A DNA stretch of 63,414 nt, filler included, from Octopus bimaculoides (taxonomy: Eukaryota): assembly GCF_001194135.2 (NCBI RefSeq). It is 7 parts of 6 records of this genome, joined end to end, with 100 filler letters (N's around TTAATTAATTAA, not from the genome) between each part and the next. Parts side by side here need not be neighbours in the genome. Positions count along the whole stretch, not along the records: positions 26,046 to 52,748 come from NC_068984.1; positions 52,849 to 55,081 come from NC_069010.1; positions 55,182 to 60,739 come from NC_068989.1; positions 60,840 to 63,414 come from NC_069000.1; 3 more parts are not named here. One strand, given 5' to 3'. The notes below the pieces were generated by a model that was not told where the DNA came from, did not search any database, and saw only the letters and a list, made by a program, of their open reading frames with translations. The position numbers and the translations under genes were made by a program. Shown piece after piece: positions 50,934-63,414 of this stretch; positions within the stretch are counted from its first letter, which is position 1, and the number at the start of each line of letters is the position of its first letter.

Positions 50934-52375
50934 ATGAGACAGAGACAGAGAGACAGAGCCAGTGAAGGGGTGTGTCGACAATTATACGTACATACATAAA
51001 TAGTCATACATTTCTTGTACGTATGTGTGTGTGTGAGAGAGAGAGAGTCACTGAAACATCTCTCTGTCTGTCTGTCTCTCTCACACACACACGTGCAGAT
51101 ATACACACAGAAAAGATGTATGCATATGTATTTATGTATGTACATAGACATCACAACACACCCCTTCACTCACACACATACAGAAACACACATGTGCGTG
51201 TGTGACTCACTACGAATACAAAGAGCTGAACACGGGGTGCCAAAATACAAAAAATTAATAAAAAATTTATTTACGGAAATTAACGAAGTGTGCGAGTTTG
51301 GAACGAAATCAAACCTGGAGTGTGTGAATGAGAGAGAGAGAGAGAGAGCGAGAGAGAGAACATTGCAAAGAATGAATGAGATGAACATGGAACGCCCAAA
51401 AATCGTATAAATAAAAGCACGTTAAAAACTATCTTGTACGGAATATTTAAATTTATGAACTTCATAAATATGTGTTTCAGTAATTGATCGTAGTTGTTTA
51501 CAGAAAACGAACATTAAAAGTAGAGAGTGAGAGACGTCGCCGTTTTTGTCATGTCTGTACCGGAAGTTGACATTGAGAAACCTTTTTAAAGAAGTGAATC
51601 TTAAATATAAAGCAATATTATTTATTTTTAATAAAAAAAAATCAAATGAAGAGCCTAACATTTATCCGAGGTCAAATTATTCATGCATCACAAGTATGGA
51701 AGTAAATGGTGCAGCCGTTTTCACGTGATAAGCGATTACACACACATCTCTGTTTTATATATAGTATAGATATACAGGGTCTTACAAATATATTGAGACA
51801 ATTTTTATGATGCATGAAACTGGTTATAAATACTAAAATAATAGTGGTATACAGATATAATTTTAATGTAACATTTATTACAACAGAAACGTTTATCACC
51901 TGAAGTGTCATATGGTTTAGGTAGAGTTAGTATTAAGGCTAGGTTGATTAAGTCATGAATGCATGATTTGGTTAGCCAAACATTTATTTGTTTGTAAACT
52001 GACATCTTCTCAGCATGCGGCATCATTTTATCATTTCTGTTCTGTTGAATTTCTGAATAATAGTGTTGTCTGTCACATATTTATAACAGGTCACTCATTG
52101 GTTATGTAACTTGGAGGGTTGTGTATTAAGAATGTAGTGATTTGGCAGTGTTTATATCTTTGACCAATAGTTTATGGTGAAAGATATAAATATACCTTCA
52201 TATACACCCACAAAGATATATGAGAAGAAATATGTATACGCACACATGTGTCTTTTTGTGTGTGTATATATTTGTGTGTGTATGTGTGTACATGCATATG
52301 GATATATATTTCTAAATGTACATATCTCTGTCTATCTATCTATCTATCTATCTACATATATATATATATATATAT

Positions 52376-52748
52376 GAAGCAGATAAGGAAAGATTTGCCA
52401 ATGTTCTGCGCCGTGAGGACCAAAGACTCGAGGTATTTCGTGTTGCAAGACAGTGTAGGAGAGAGAATAGTGATGTTGTAGGAGAGAAATGTGTTCGCAT
52501 GGATGATGGTACGCTTGCATTAAATGAGGATGCAAAGAAAGAGGTATGGAGATGCCACTACGATAGATTGCTTAATAAAGAGAATGAATGGGAGAAAGAG
52601 AGCCTGCCGTATGTCGACCCAATAGAGGGACCAGCTATCCGAGTTGATAGTACCAGGGTACATAAAGCAATTAAGAGTATGAAGACCGGGAAAGCCCCCG
52701 GCCCATCAGGAATCACTGCAGAGATGCTCAAAATATCTGGCAGTGTTG
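52376..52748 (+). mobile_element. RTE-clade LINE fragment (pre-RT linker), intact frame, cut by gap
   Basis: EADKERFANVLRREDQRLEVFRVARQ...KAIKSMKTGKAPGPSGITAEMLK; the K.GKAPG..GI.AE.LK motif is typical of LINE ORF2. Confidence 0.85.
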
Positions 52749-52974
52749 NNNNNNNNNNNNNNNNNNNNNNNNNNNNNNNNNNNNNNNNNNNNTTAATTAA
52801 TTAANNNNNNNNNNNNNNNNNNNNNNNNNNNNNNNNNNNNNNNNNNNNAAGTTCATTCTATTTTGTTTTTTTTTTGTTTCAGTCATTGGACTGCGGTCAT
52901 GCTGGAGCACTGTTTTGAAGTGTTTTGTCAGACAAATCAACCCTCATACATTTTTTAAAAAAATTTTTAGTTCT

Positions 52975-53640
52975 ATAGGCGTAGGAGTGGCTGTGTGGTA
53001 AGTAGCTTGCTTACCAACCACATGGTCGACTAAACTTTTCGTCCTTTCGGGGTCGATAAATTAAGTACCAGTTACGCACTGGGGTCGATGTAATCGACTT
53101 AATCCCTTTGTCTGTCCTTGTTTGTCCCCTCTATGTTTAGCCCCTTGTGGGCAATAAAGAAATATGAATCGTTAGCACGCACTGGGTCGATGTAATCGAC
53201 TTAATCCCTCTGTCTGTCCTTGTTTGTTCTTTCTATGTTTATCCCCTTGAGGGCAATAAAGAAATAAGAAACGTTAGCACGCCGGGCGAAATGCTTGGCG
53301 GTATTTCGTCTGTCTTTACTTTTCATCCTTTCGGGGTCGATAAATTAAGTACCAGTTATGCACTGGGGTCAATGTAATCGGCTTAATCCCTTTGTTTGTC
53401 CCCTCTGTGTTTAGCCCCTTGTGGCCAATAAACAAATAAGAATCGTTAGCACGCCGGGCGAAATGCTTAGTGGTTTTTCATCTGCTGTTACGTTCTGAGT
53501 TCAAATTCCGCTGAGGTCGACTTAGCTTTTCATCGTTTCGGGGTCGATTAAATAAGTACCAGTCATGCACTGGAGTCGATGTAATCGACTTACCCCCTCC
53601 CCACAAATTTCAGGCCTTGTGCTTATAACAGAAAGGATTG
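52975..53640 (+). mobile_element. Family A head fused to a young array of family C modules
   Basis: ggcgtaggagtggctgtgtgg... followed by 4-5 partly truncated family C modules with CpGs retained. Confidence 0.8.
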
Positions 53641-53660
53641 TTATCTCTGTTATTCTGCAG

Positions 53661-53818
53661 ATGACCCAACCTGTGCCTCCACCAGTACAAGACAACCTCA
53701 GGAATCCATTGAGATCACACTGGAACATGGGGAGTGGATGAAGAGGAAGAAGAAAAAGTTGAGTAGCAGACTTGGATTTATTGATTTATTGATTTGTGTG
53801 TGTGTGTGTGAGTGTTGA
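53661..53818 (+). other. Candidate terminal exon of the coiled-coil gene
   Basis: Acceptor ttatctctgttattctgcag|; spliced to 49992 it gives AA|A-TGA (K-stop); in phase 1 it reads DPTCASTSTRQPQESIEITLEHGEWMKRKKKK... Confidence 0.3.
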
Positions 53819-54439
53819 ATTGTGTGTATGTATGTGAGTGTGTGTTAAAAGAGATTTTGCTAATGTTTCTAGCAAACCAAATGACCATGTAGAGGCAAAC
53901 TTATTTCATTCTTCGTTATAGCTCGTTAACAAATTTAACCCTTTTCTTACCGTATTTCTTTTGGAAGACGCTATCTTTGCGTCAATTAATTTTGAAAATA
54001 ATGAATTTAATAAAATAACTTTGTCATATAGTCGCAGGAGTGGCTGTGTGGTAAGTAGCTCGCTTACGAACCACATGGTTCCGGGTTCAGTCCCACTATC
54101 TCTGTTGTAATTAATTTTGAAGATAATGAAGAATTTAATAAGATAACTTCGTTGTTATTTTATCTGGAGTTTGGAACAAAAATTAGCATAAAATTTTGAT
54201 GGATGGTTTTAATTTGGATCACTTTTTAACCTGGAGTCTGAATCGCAGAACAAGAGATGGTTTCATGAGGTTTTTTTTGGGTTTTTTGTATTTGTAGAAA
54301 AAAATCTGGTCAGGAAGAATGGCAGGCATTTCTACGAAGGCTTTTCAACAACTTCCAACGCAATCTGAGAAATCACACACACAAGGTGAACTTATCCACT
54401 TATTTGCTTTGCTCTGTTCATTTATCCATCTTTATCTTT

Positions 54440-54790
54440 TACAGTTTGTCAGTCATTGGACTGTGACTATCCTGCAGCACCAGTTTGAAGGGTTTTAATC
54501 AAACTAATTGATCCCCGTTCTTATGATTTTTTTTTTTTTTTTATGTTAGGTATATTGTTGGTCTCTTTTGCTGAACCACTAAGGTACAGGGACATAAATA
54601 AACCAACACTGGTTGTCAAGTGGTGGCAAGGGGAAAACATAGACACAAAGACACACAGACATGACAGTCTTCCACTCACAAGGCTTTGGTCAGCCTGATG
54701 CTGTAGTAGAAGACACATGTCTAAGGTGCTACATGGTGGGACTGAAACTGGAACCATGTGGTTGGGAAGCATGCTTTTTACCACAGCCAC
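54440..54790 (-). mobile_element. SINE family A (eroded); a family B internal fragment at 54940-55081 (+)
   Basis: Similarity to the other copies. Confidence 0.75.
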
Positions 54791-55186
54791 TTCTTTGTCT
54801 ACAAGAAGGAAAGGTGAATGGTAAAGAAACGTAGAAGTGTAATTGATGGGAAATATCAGCGTGGAGGTGGGGTGGCTAAGATGAAGGAGAGAGAAGTGAC
54901 TCATGCATGCATGCACACACACACAAACACACAGTGTTCCCCCCACTGCTCCTGCTTATCATCCCCGGCAGGGGATGGTGGTGAACCCTGCTGTACTCTT
55001 CCACCACAACTTTCTCTCACTCTTACTTCCTGTTTCTGTTGTACCTGTAATTCAAAGGGTCAGCCTTGTCACACTCTGTGTNNNNNNNNNNNNNNNNNNN
55101 NNNNNNNNNNNNNNNNNNNNNNNNNTTAATTAATTAANNNNNNNNNNNNNNNNNNNNNNNNNNNNNNNNNNNNNNNNNNNNATGTG

Positions 55187-55230
<44 letters not shown>

Positions 55231-55249
55231 AGTGTGTGTGTGCATATGA

Positions 55250-55281
<32 letters not shown>

Positions 55282-56029
55282 AATATCTCATTGCTAGAGT
55301 GTTGTGATTCAGTACTTGATATCATGCGTGAATTGTTTTGAAAAGATTTAAACGTTGTGCTGTTCATGCAAATCACTCGTGCGTGACGACAATGATATAA
55401 TTTTTGCGTATAACTATTTATGTTTGTTAGTGTGGTATTGTCTTTGGTGGAAAGGGGAAAAAATCAATTTGTCATGTGTATTTTGTTATAATTATTTATG
55501 TGTATGGTAATTTTACAGAGACCGACTGAATGAGGGAGGTAGTTATATGAATAAATTTTAGTTTAATATTTAGCAAGTTAATGAAATGATACGCAATTTT
55601 TAAGAAAAAAATCGACAGTTGCGAAAATTGAAATCAGAAAATGAAATTCGGAATTTCAATTTTCAAATTTGAAAGTTAATTTTAAATTAAGTATGGTGTA
55701 TGAGAATGTATTTAAAGTGAGAAGTGATTGCTTGAAGTATAAGTTGAATATGATAAACAATATAGAGATATAAAGATATAGGAAACTGAAGAAAAATGGT
55801 GATGATGATACACAATATATATTACTAATGGGAAATGACATTAATAATTATTATATAAATTTAGGTTTACAATGATAAAATGTTGTTAATAAATAAATAT
55901 AAATTAGAAGCAACATAAATATATAGACATGTGTGTATTTATACACATACACACACGTAGTCATATGTGTATATATTTTGTATAAATATGTTAAGTTGTA
56001 ATAATGACTTTTCTAAATTTTGACTCAAA

Positions 56030-56475
56030 GACAGTAATTTGGAGGTGATGATGGCTATTCGATTACATCGACCCTCACTACTCGACTGGTACTTTATTTC
56101 ATCAACCCCGAAAGAATGAAAAGCAAAGTTGACCTCATGGATATTTGAACTGAGACCGGAGAGCCGGAAGAAATGTCGCTAACCATGATGTTTATCGTGC
56201 TGACGATCCGCCCAGCTCGCCGCCATTTCGTAATGGTTTCAGATTTTAGTACAAGCCCAGCAATTTCGTGCGAGTGGGCAAGTAGATTCAACTGGTACTT
56301 AGTTTATCGACCCCAAAAGGATGAAAGGTAAAGTCAGCTTGCGGTGAAATTGAGCTCAGGGCGTAAAGCTGGACGAATGCCGTAGAGCATTTTGCCCAAC
56401 ATGCTAACGATTCTGCCAGCTCACCGCATTTCGCCGCCATTTAATAATGGCTTTGAATTTTTGCACAAGACCAGC
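56030..56475 (-). mobile_element. Array of 2-3 SINE family C units
   Basis: Similarity to the other copies, CpGs largely retained. Confidence 0.75.
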
Positions 56476-57707
56476 AATTCTAGGGAAGGGGTTGTATTTT
56501 TCCATGTAAAAAATTTGATTTAATAGCCGAGAAGGTTTAGAGTGTGTACGATGGAGTAAATTTGTCACGATACATTATGAGCTTGTGGTGTTTAAATGTT
56601 TTATATGCTTTATGTTTGCAAGTAGATATTTTTCTTTAGTGTATATTTATCACATTAAAGTAAAGTCACACCCTTATGAATCATACTGATTCATAAGGAC
56701 CGGTTTCCCAGCTTCATGGTGTATATATTGCTCACCTTGACGGGACGCCGGCCCGTCGTAGGACTACTCATTTTTGTCAGCTGAGTGGACTGGAGCGATG
56801 TGAAATGAAGTGTTTTGCTAAAGAACACAACGCATCAGGAATCGAAACCACAATCCTAGGATCATGAGTGTAACGCCTTAACCACTAAGCCACGCACCTC
56901 CACATATTTGATTTTTCTCAAAAGTGAAGCCAGCTTTAGGTTATTTTTGGTGGGAGCTGATTCCAAATGTGACATTTTGTCAAAGCAATCAATTCAAGCG
57001 AGAAGTATGACATTTCTAGTGTCTGGCTCTCTGGAAAACTTCAGATAGTATTCAGCCTTCGTTCAGACCGTTCTGTTTCTTAGTTTGTTTGTTTTTTTAA
57101 TTGATGTAGCACCTACAAAATCAATTTAATTTTTTACAAAGCCTAAACATCAGAATCACCTTGTTGATATGTTAACTTGAAAGATTCGAAGAACTTGACT
57201 GTAGGCAAATAATAAAGACAAACACCTAAATCACTATAAAACAGTGCAGTGTAGTCCATGAAGATGCTTTCCAGATAAACAACTCTAAAACCGAGAAAAT
57301 ATCTGGCATAGATCCTTCAGAATGAGGAAGTACCGACTGGCAGTTGTTATTAGTTGAAAACAAAGTTGTTAAGTAGACACATTCCTTGTTATGAAGTATT
57401 GCATGAAAACTTTGGGAATGGAACAACAGTTTGAAACAGTATCTTTCTTAGATTTTTTATTAGCTGAGCAAACTGTAAAACAGATAAACTCCTTATCAAA
57501 AATAGCTTGTAAACTTTGAAAGGTTATGAGAGTGAGAGAACAGTTAGACTATTTTCCCAGACTAGTTTGCATGCAAAACTAATCTAGATGACTGTAGTCA
57601 TGTTCTTCCTTATGTCAACATTAGTTAGTTCCATCCCAACGAAAACTAGGTTGATTGTTATTAATAAGTTAAACTTGCAATCTTCTACTTCTAATACGTG
57701 TTGATAT

Positions 57708-58345
57708 AGGAAGTGCAAGCACAATTCAGATGTCTCTTGTTCCGTTTGTGGATCCTTTACAACAGAAGCAACCTGTTTGAGATTTTTATAGAAGGGCATA
57801 TTTTGAGTATTTTGGAATAAGATTTGGCAATCAATACAAACAAAATTTTAACTTATGAATCTGAGTTAAGTTAAAAGAAAAAAAAACAAGAGCTTTGGTG
57901 TGCAATGGTCTGGAATCAACCGACAACCACCTTGAAGTTTGCTATTTATAAATCTTAGATCGTCCAATATCAAATCGAAGATATATGAGCCAAGCTTACA
58001 CTGAATCGTAAGACGTACCTCAATGTACGGAATTTTCTGTTCTTGTGTTTGATACACATGGGAACGGAGCACCGAGAACGAAAGTTATTTATAGAAAATT
58101 TCATCAAAACAAATTAAAGCAAGTATTTTTGATGGATTCCTTCACTGCCATTTAGACAACTTTACCAATTTGGAGGCTGTTATTAAAGAGAAGAGGAGAT
58201 ATAAAAGATATGAAAAAGACAATGAAAAATATATCATGGATAGTAATAGACCATTGGAAAAAGAGAAGGTCGCCTCCTTAATCAGTGCACTTATCAAACT
58301 AGCAATGTTTTCATGCTTATTCAGTATTTCCAGGCACTGAATCAC
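57708..58345 (+). pseudogene. Chapaev3-like (CMC) transposase relic with internal deletions
   Basis: Frameshifted RKCKHNSDVSCSVCGSFT, RAYFEYFGIRFGNQYK, MVWNQPT..VCY, KLFI, KASIFDG; match recalled CxHxPDxFCYICG / AYFG.KLGDQDK / MVWREP / KAGIFDGP motifs. Confidence 0.55.
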
Positions 58346-58949
58346 CATAAAACTGGTGGAATTTATTCGTTAGGTGATGCATTTCGCGTTATAAGGTAGT
58401 TCTCTTGGGGTTGGTTTTTGTCGTGGGGGGGGGGGGGCTCTACGAAGTCAGTGCAGTGGTGTTTGATGAATTTGACTGTGTTTTCATGACTGGAAAATGG
58501 GAAGCGCAGCTACAAGAGTACCTGATCTTTGGCGAGTCGTTTACAACTAATATGACACAACACGTCTCAACAGATTTCAACGGTGATGTATAATCATATT
58601 CGTACTACCACAGTTCTGTAATGAGGATGAACTTGTTTGATTAATGATTTGATCCAAGATCATGAGGTATAGCTGAATCAACTGCATTGTGAGAGATTCA
58701 TTTTAACTATCTAGAAAAAATTTAGTTTTACTTTTGTTTATTTCTAAATAGCACTGTGTGAAGGGCCACGTTTTATTTTCACTCTGCGACCTGGTTGTTG
58801 GCACATATTATACCACAACACTATCCAGGACACAGAAATGTAACGGATCTTTCTGACACTTCATAGAAGAGCGTGCTATGAAGAGAAGCTACCCATCCCC
58901 CAATTTTTTGTTGTTGTTTTTCAAAGACTCTGTACCCGACATAATTGTT

Positions 58950-59160
58950 ACTGGTAGGACTTGCTGAAAGGGTGTCGCGAAAGGCCTGGGTGGAGGCCAA
59001 ACCGACCGAGTTCTTTTACAAGAGTTAGAAAAACTGAAGAGCCGCTGCAATAAGTGTGTGAGTCTGGGAGGGGAATCTGTTGGATAAAATCACAATTAAC
59101 TGATCCGCCTGTATTGTTTTTACCCAAAGCCAAGAACTTCTCAGTACCCCCTCGTATATA
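58950..59160 (-). mobile_element. Mariner-like element end (partly repeated across gap at 59256-59320)
   Basis: - strand ta-cgagggggtactgagaagttcttggc TIR-like terminus. Confidence 0.55.
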
Positions 59161-60421
59161 CATTTGAGTGTGTGTGTTTGTGTGTATTTNNNNNNNNNNN
59201 NNNNNNNNNNNNNNNNNNNNNNNNNNNNNNNNNNNNNNNNNNNNNNNNNNNNNNNAAAGCCAAGAACTTCTCAGTACCCCCTCGTATATACATTTGAGTG
59301 TGTGTGTTTGTGTGTATTTGTGTGTATGTGTGTGTACGTGTGTGTGAGTATGTGTGCTTGTGTTTGTGTGCATAGATACGAACGCATGAACACACACACA
59401 CACATACAATTAAGTAAACGTCTGCCATGCTTTTAAAATACAAATGAAAAATTACTTAGAGCAAAAAGTATTTTGAACTCATACCTCTACAGGTTACAAC
59501 AACGAGTCTCGTTTCACATTATTGCTATCGTCAGGCAACTAAAATAATGTATGCTATTTTAATTCTGTACTTTTCGTTTTCTTAGTCCACCACCATTTCT
59601 TGTTACATCACTCACACACAGATACACACACACACACACGCACACACATACAGACAGACACACGAATAAACGTGCACAGTCACGCAGAAATACACACACT
59701 GGCATACTCAGATATTATGTCTCGACGGTTATACGACAGCATGCCCAATCTCAGTCGTACACAGATATAAGCACACGTATATAATGGAGTGCTTACATCT
59801 ACACAGAGCCGCATATACACATATACACGAATATTCGACCTGTATCAGACACATAGAAAACCACACGTGACATCACACGGTTACGATCAGGTTCATTTAT
59901 ATACGATCAGGTGCATATACGTACATATACACTCATATACACATATTTTGCATATATACATACATAGACATACATACACACACGCATACACGCAGACATA
60001 TTCTTCTCTCTCTCTTTTTGTTTCTTCTTCTCCTCCCCCTTTCCTCCATTTCTTCCTGTTTTTTCTCTCTTTCTCTCTTCTTTGTACCTCTCTTTCTCCC
60101 CCTCTCACATACAGATAATACAAACTAAATTTCATACACACCTTTAAACATGCATACACACACAAACACACACACATACACACATACATACACACATACA
60201 TACATTCATACATACATACATACATACATACACACACATACATACATACACGTACGATCGTGCACATACACATACAAACGTTCAGACGTACACAAAGATT
60301 TGTATGGTGTGTGGTAAGGGTTAGCATAAAGGAGGGACTGTGAAAAACAACATCAACAACAACAATAATAATGATACAGCTATGAATAAACAAAGCAACA
60401 ACAAAATCAGAAACACTATCA

Positions 60422-60452
<31 letters not shown>

Positions 60453-60582
60453 ACCATGAATAACGTAAAGCAGTAACACAAACCAAAATGTAACAACAAC
60501 AATAACAAAATTATAACTTCAACAACAACGGTAATTCCAACAACAATAACAACACCAACAACAAAAACGCAATCCTTAAAAC

Positions 60583-60739
60583 CTTAAAAAGTCTTGCTTC
60601 GTTGGAGGTGATCGCTGCTTTTGGTATGAACTTTTTAGATGAGAGACTGACACAATCAATAAGTCGCTGCCACGCCTGACAGCACTCTCTCCACGCTTGG
60701 TTAACGTTGCATTCTACTGAATCGGAAACGCCATTCGTC
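60583..60739 (-). CDS. Candidate exon truncated by gap (TNGVSDSVECNVNQAWRECCQAWQRLIDCVSLSSKKFIPKAAITSNEARLFK)
   Basis: 52 stop-free codons of unique sequence on -, possible donor AAG|gtttta; acceptor hidden in Ns. Confidence 0.25.
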
Positions 60740-60849
60740 NNNNNNNNNNNNNNNNNNNNNNNNNNNNNNNNNNNNNNNNNNNNTTAATTAATTAANNNNN
60801 NNNNNNNNNNNNNNNNNNNNNNNNNNNNNNNNNNNNNNNATATATAATT

Positions 60850-61094
60850 TTATATTCAATCGATCGTCACTCAACTGTACACATTGGCCGGAGAGTGTGT
60901 GAGGCCGAACTTCTCTTCCCTGACGCATAAAACCTATTTGTTTGTAGTTCTTACAGTGATAGCACTTTCTCTCCTTCTCTGTAAATATTACATAGGATTC
61001 GAGCTGCTTTGGTAGCTTTGGCACTTTGATTGAATACCAAGATAAGCAGGTCCTGAACATGCTCATTGTTTTCTGCCTGGCACTCTATCGTCAT
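60850..61094 (-). pseudogene. Mariner transposase N-terminal relic
   Basis: - strand MTIECQAENNEHVQDLLILVFNQSAKATKAARILCNIY, resembling mariner MECQVEKNEHFRH..LF.FN.G.KAA.AAR.IC.VY starts. Confidence 0.6.
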
Positions 61095-62104
61095 ACGTTT
61101 GAAAACAAGTAATATTTATTCAAATTTCAAAAACACTAAAGAAAATTTGTAGAGAAAGAATAGAGCTACAAAAGGTAGAAGAGAAAACCATGAAACACTA
61201 TGATAAAAATATTTTTCGTGTTAATTCAAACATTGAAACGAAACGGTTATTATTTCTCTTATGTAGTCCGGTTAGAAATGATTCGCGGATCCCTCTTTAC
61301 TCTGAGAAGTAGGTACATCATGCTGCCTTGTTTAACTTCACCTTCTGGCCACATGTGTACTTAGTATAGAATGAATCGTTAAAAGTATGGAAACGCGACA
61401 GTCGGTGGCGCTTTTTCGTGAATTCTCGAGGTGCTATCACCATTTACACTCTGAAAGATACTTATAACTAACGCGCTAATGTATTCTCGCTTCTCCTCTC
61501 TGACTGCCGTAGACTTCGATCCAGCTTGAACCTTACATATCCCTTTTTACAAGCATGCAAGCTCTCTTATCCAGACGAAAATCTCTCAACACTGACCCAT
61601 AGCCCATCTATTCTTTCCAGGTTACATTCTCCTCAAATATTGTTCTGTACATATATAGATTCTGCTCCTCTTATCACACACCTGTTTATCTTGGATATCA
61701 ACACCAATGACTTTCTACTCTGTCATTCTTGCCAAGAATTTCTTAGTGCAAAGGCTTTTATTACAGACGTCAAATTCAAACTGTTGAAGTAGAGCGTTAG
61801 CGGCATTACCCACCGGTCTCGGAATCCTTGCAAATGCCACCAGCAATCCTTTTCTTCCGGATTTAGCAAATATAAAATGTCAGATACCAAGAAATATGTT
61901 ACTGAGAAATGTCATTATAAAAACCTGCCATTTCTTAATATCTTTTTTACACAAGTCTTTGGGGGCTTTGTCAAAATAAAAGAAATATTCATCTCCATGC
62001 TTGACAAACATCATAAAAAGGAATATGAGAAACAGATATGAATTGAGAGACTAAAATTTGCAGCAGAAATGTCAGAGATATTTCTGCAGTAATATAAGAG
62101 CGAG

Positions 62105-62485
62105 CATGGCTTTATAGTTAGCGCAGTTTGAAACCGCATTGTCTCGGGTTCAGTCTCGCTGCAACACAACTTTACAAGTGTCTTCTAGCATTCCTCCGGG
62201 TCGATCAATACCTTATGAGCGAATGTCGTAGAAGAAAACTGTGCGGAAGCCCATCGTATATCTACATGCGTGTATTTGCATTTACGTTTGTCCCACACTA
62301 CCACTTGACAAGTGATGCTGGTTTGTTCATGTCTAGTGACTTAGCGGTTCGGCAAAAATGACCAAAAGAATAATTATCGTACTTGAAAATGCTATAAGTA
62401 CAGGGGTTAATTTGTTTGACTAAAATACTTCAAAGTGGTGCCCCAGCGTGGCCGCAGCCCAACGACTGAGCATGTTAAAGTTAAA
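62105..62485 (+). mobile_element. SINE family A (diverged)
   Basis: Similarity to the other copies. Confidence 0.7.
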
Positions 62486-62599
62486 AAATACATGATCATC
62501 TTTAGCCTCTAGAAAACTGATTTCTTTAAAAGTACAAAACATCTGATCTTTTATGATGCTTTTATTGCAATAATACATTGGTAAGAGTCTCCACTGACA

Positions 62600-62912
62600 C
62601 CCAGGAACGGAAAATAGAACGAATCATTGAAGGACAAGAAAACCAACGCCTGGATACGACAGTAAATGAGAATCACCAACATCAAAGGCACCGTTAAGGA
62701 GAAGAAATGGAAGAGGGCTGACCACTTCGCGCGACTGAAGGACAATCAGGGTGAGGGAATGGACACCAAGACAATGGACAAGATCAAGAGCCTGCCCAAA
62801 GACAAGTTGGCGAGACATCATCCATTACTTGGGGCCTACTTGGCCACGACTGTCCAGAGACAGACAACAGCGGAAGGAGTCCCAGGAGGTGTTCCTCCTT
62901 CAGGAATGATGA
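62600..62912 (+). mobile_element. RTE-clade LINE 3' end relic
   Basis: KDKKTNAWIRQ...KKWKRADHFARLKDN, then frameshifted EWTPRQWTRSRACPKTSWRD...DRQQRK; matches the RTE KWxWAGHxAR..DNRW..EWxPR..R.RGRP..RW.D C-terminus. Confidence 0.75.
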
Positions 62913-63414
62913 ACAGAAAGAGGAAAAAACTCCCCACAAATATTTCTTATTCTAAAAAGTGACATACGTTTATGATAATTCCGGTAGGTACAGATGAAGA
63001 GAATAAAACGCAAATTCTTTGTTAGGAATCGGATTGTGTTTCTTATTTAAAGAAAGGAAGCAAGCAAATACCTAAGAACCGTTATCGATGCCTCTCAAAG
63101 AAAAAGACAGATAATTTCTAGAATAATTTCACGGAAAAGTAAATTTTATATATACCTGAAAATTCTGGATATGTTAGCAGGCAATGTGACAGTTACGTGT
63201 TTATTTTCGTAACATTCAGGTTCTGATAAATGACATTTTATAAGCTTCATCCAGTGCTATCATGCCTTCATGGAGAAACCGACAATGAATAAATCGAGAT
63301 AAACTGTGTTTGTTATCATAACTTTATACTATTGTAACATTATTATCTTGCACCATATTGGCAAGAATGTGTAGAATTCCCTTTCTCTTTTTTCTGTTCA
63401 TAAACAGATATATA

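Overview
Eukaryotic, AT-rich, repeat-dominated genomic DNA with many N gaps. The tRNA-headed SINE families and microsatellite load point to a cephalopod, most likely Octopus; this comes from my recall of such repeats, not from a search. Nothing prokaryotic is present (no operons, CRISPR, rRNA or true tRNA), and nearly all ORFs in the supplied track are microsatellite or N-run artefacts. What can be supported: (1) scattered + strand exon candidates (best: 28583-28652 and 49710-49992) of an unidentified ~150 aa coiled-coil protein gene spanning roughly 21-54 kb, overlapping a CpG-eroded domain that looks like a gene-body methylation footprint; (2) several SINE families (my labels A-F), some with target-site duplications (TSDs) and some in head-to-tail arrays; (3) transposon relics: DD37D/maT and other mariners, hAT MITEs with 8-bp TSDs, hATm-like and Chapaev3-like transposases, two RTE LINE fragments and Penelope GIY-YIG relics; (4) assembly artefacts (TTAATTAATTAA linkers, duplications across gaps). 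The most interesting object is at 2.7-3.5 kb: a tRNA-headed short element carrying a minimal Penelope-type hammerhead ribozyme fold, with an inverted duplication of the ribozyme segment, nested inside a hAT MITE and itself hit by another SINE. Repeat boundaries are approximate unless a TSD is quoted.
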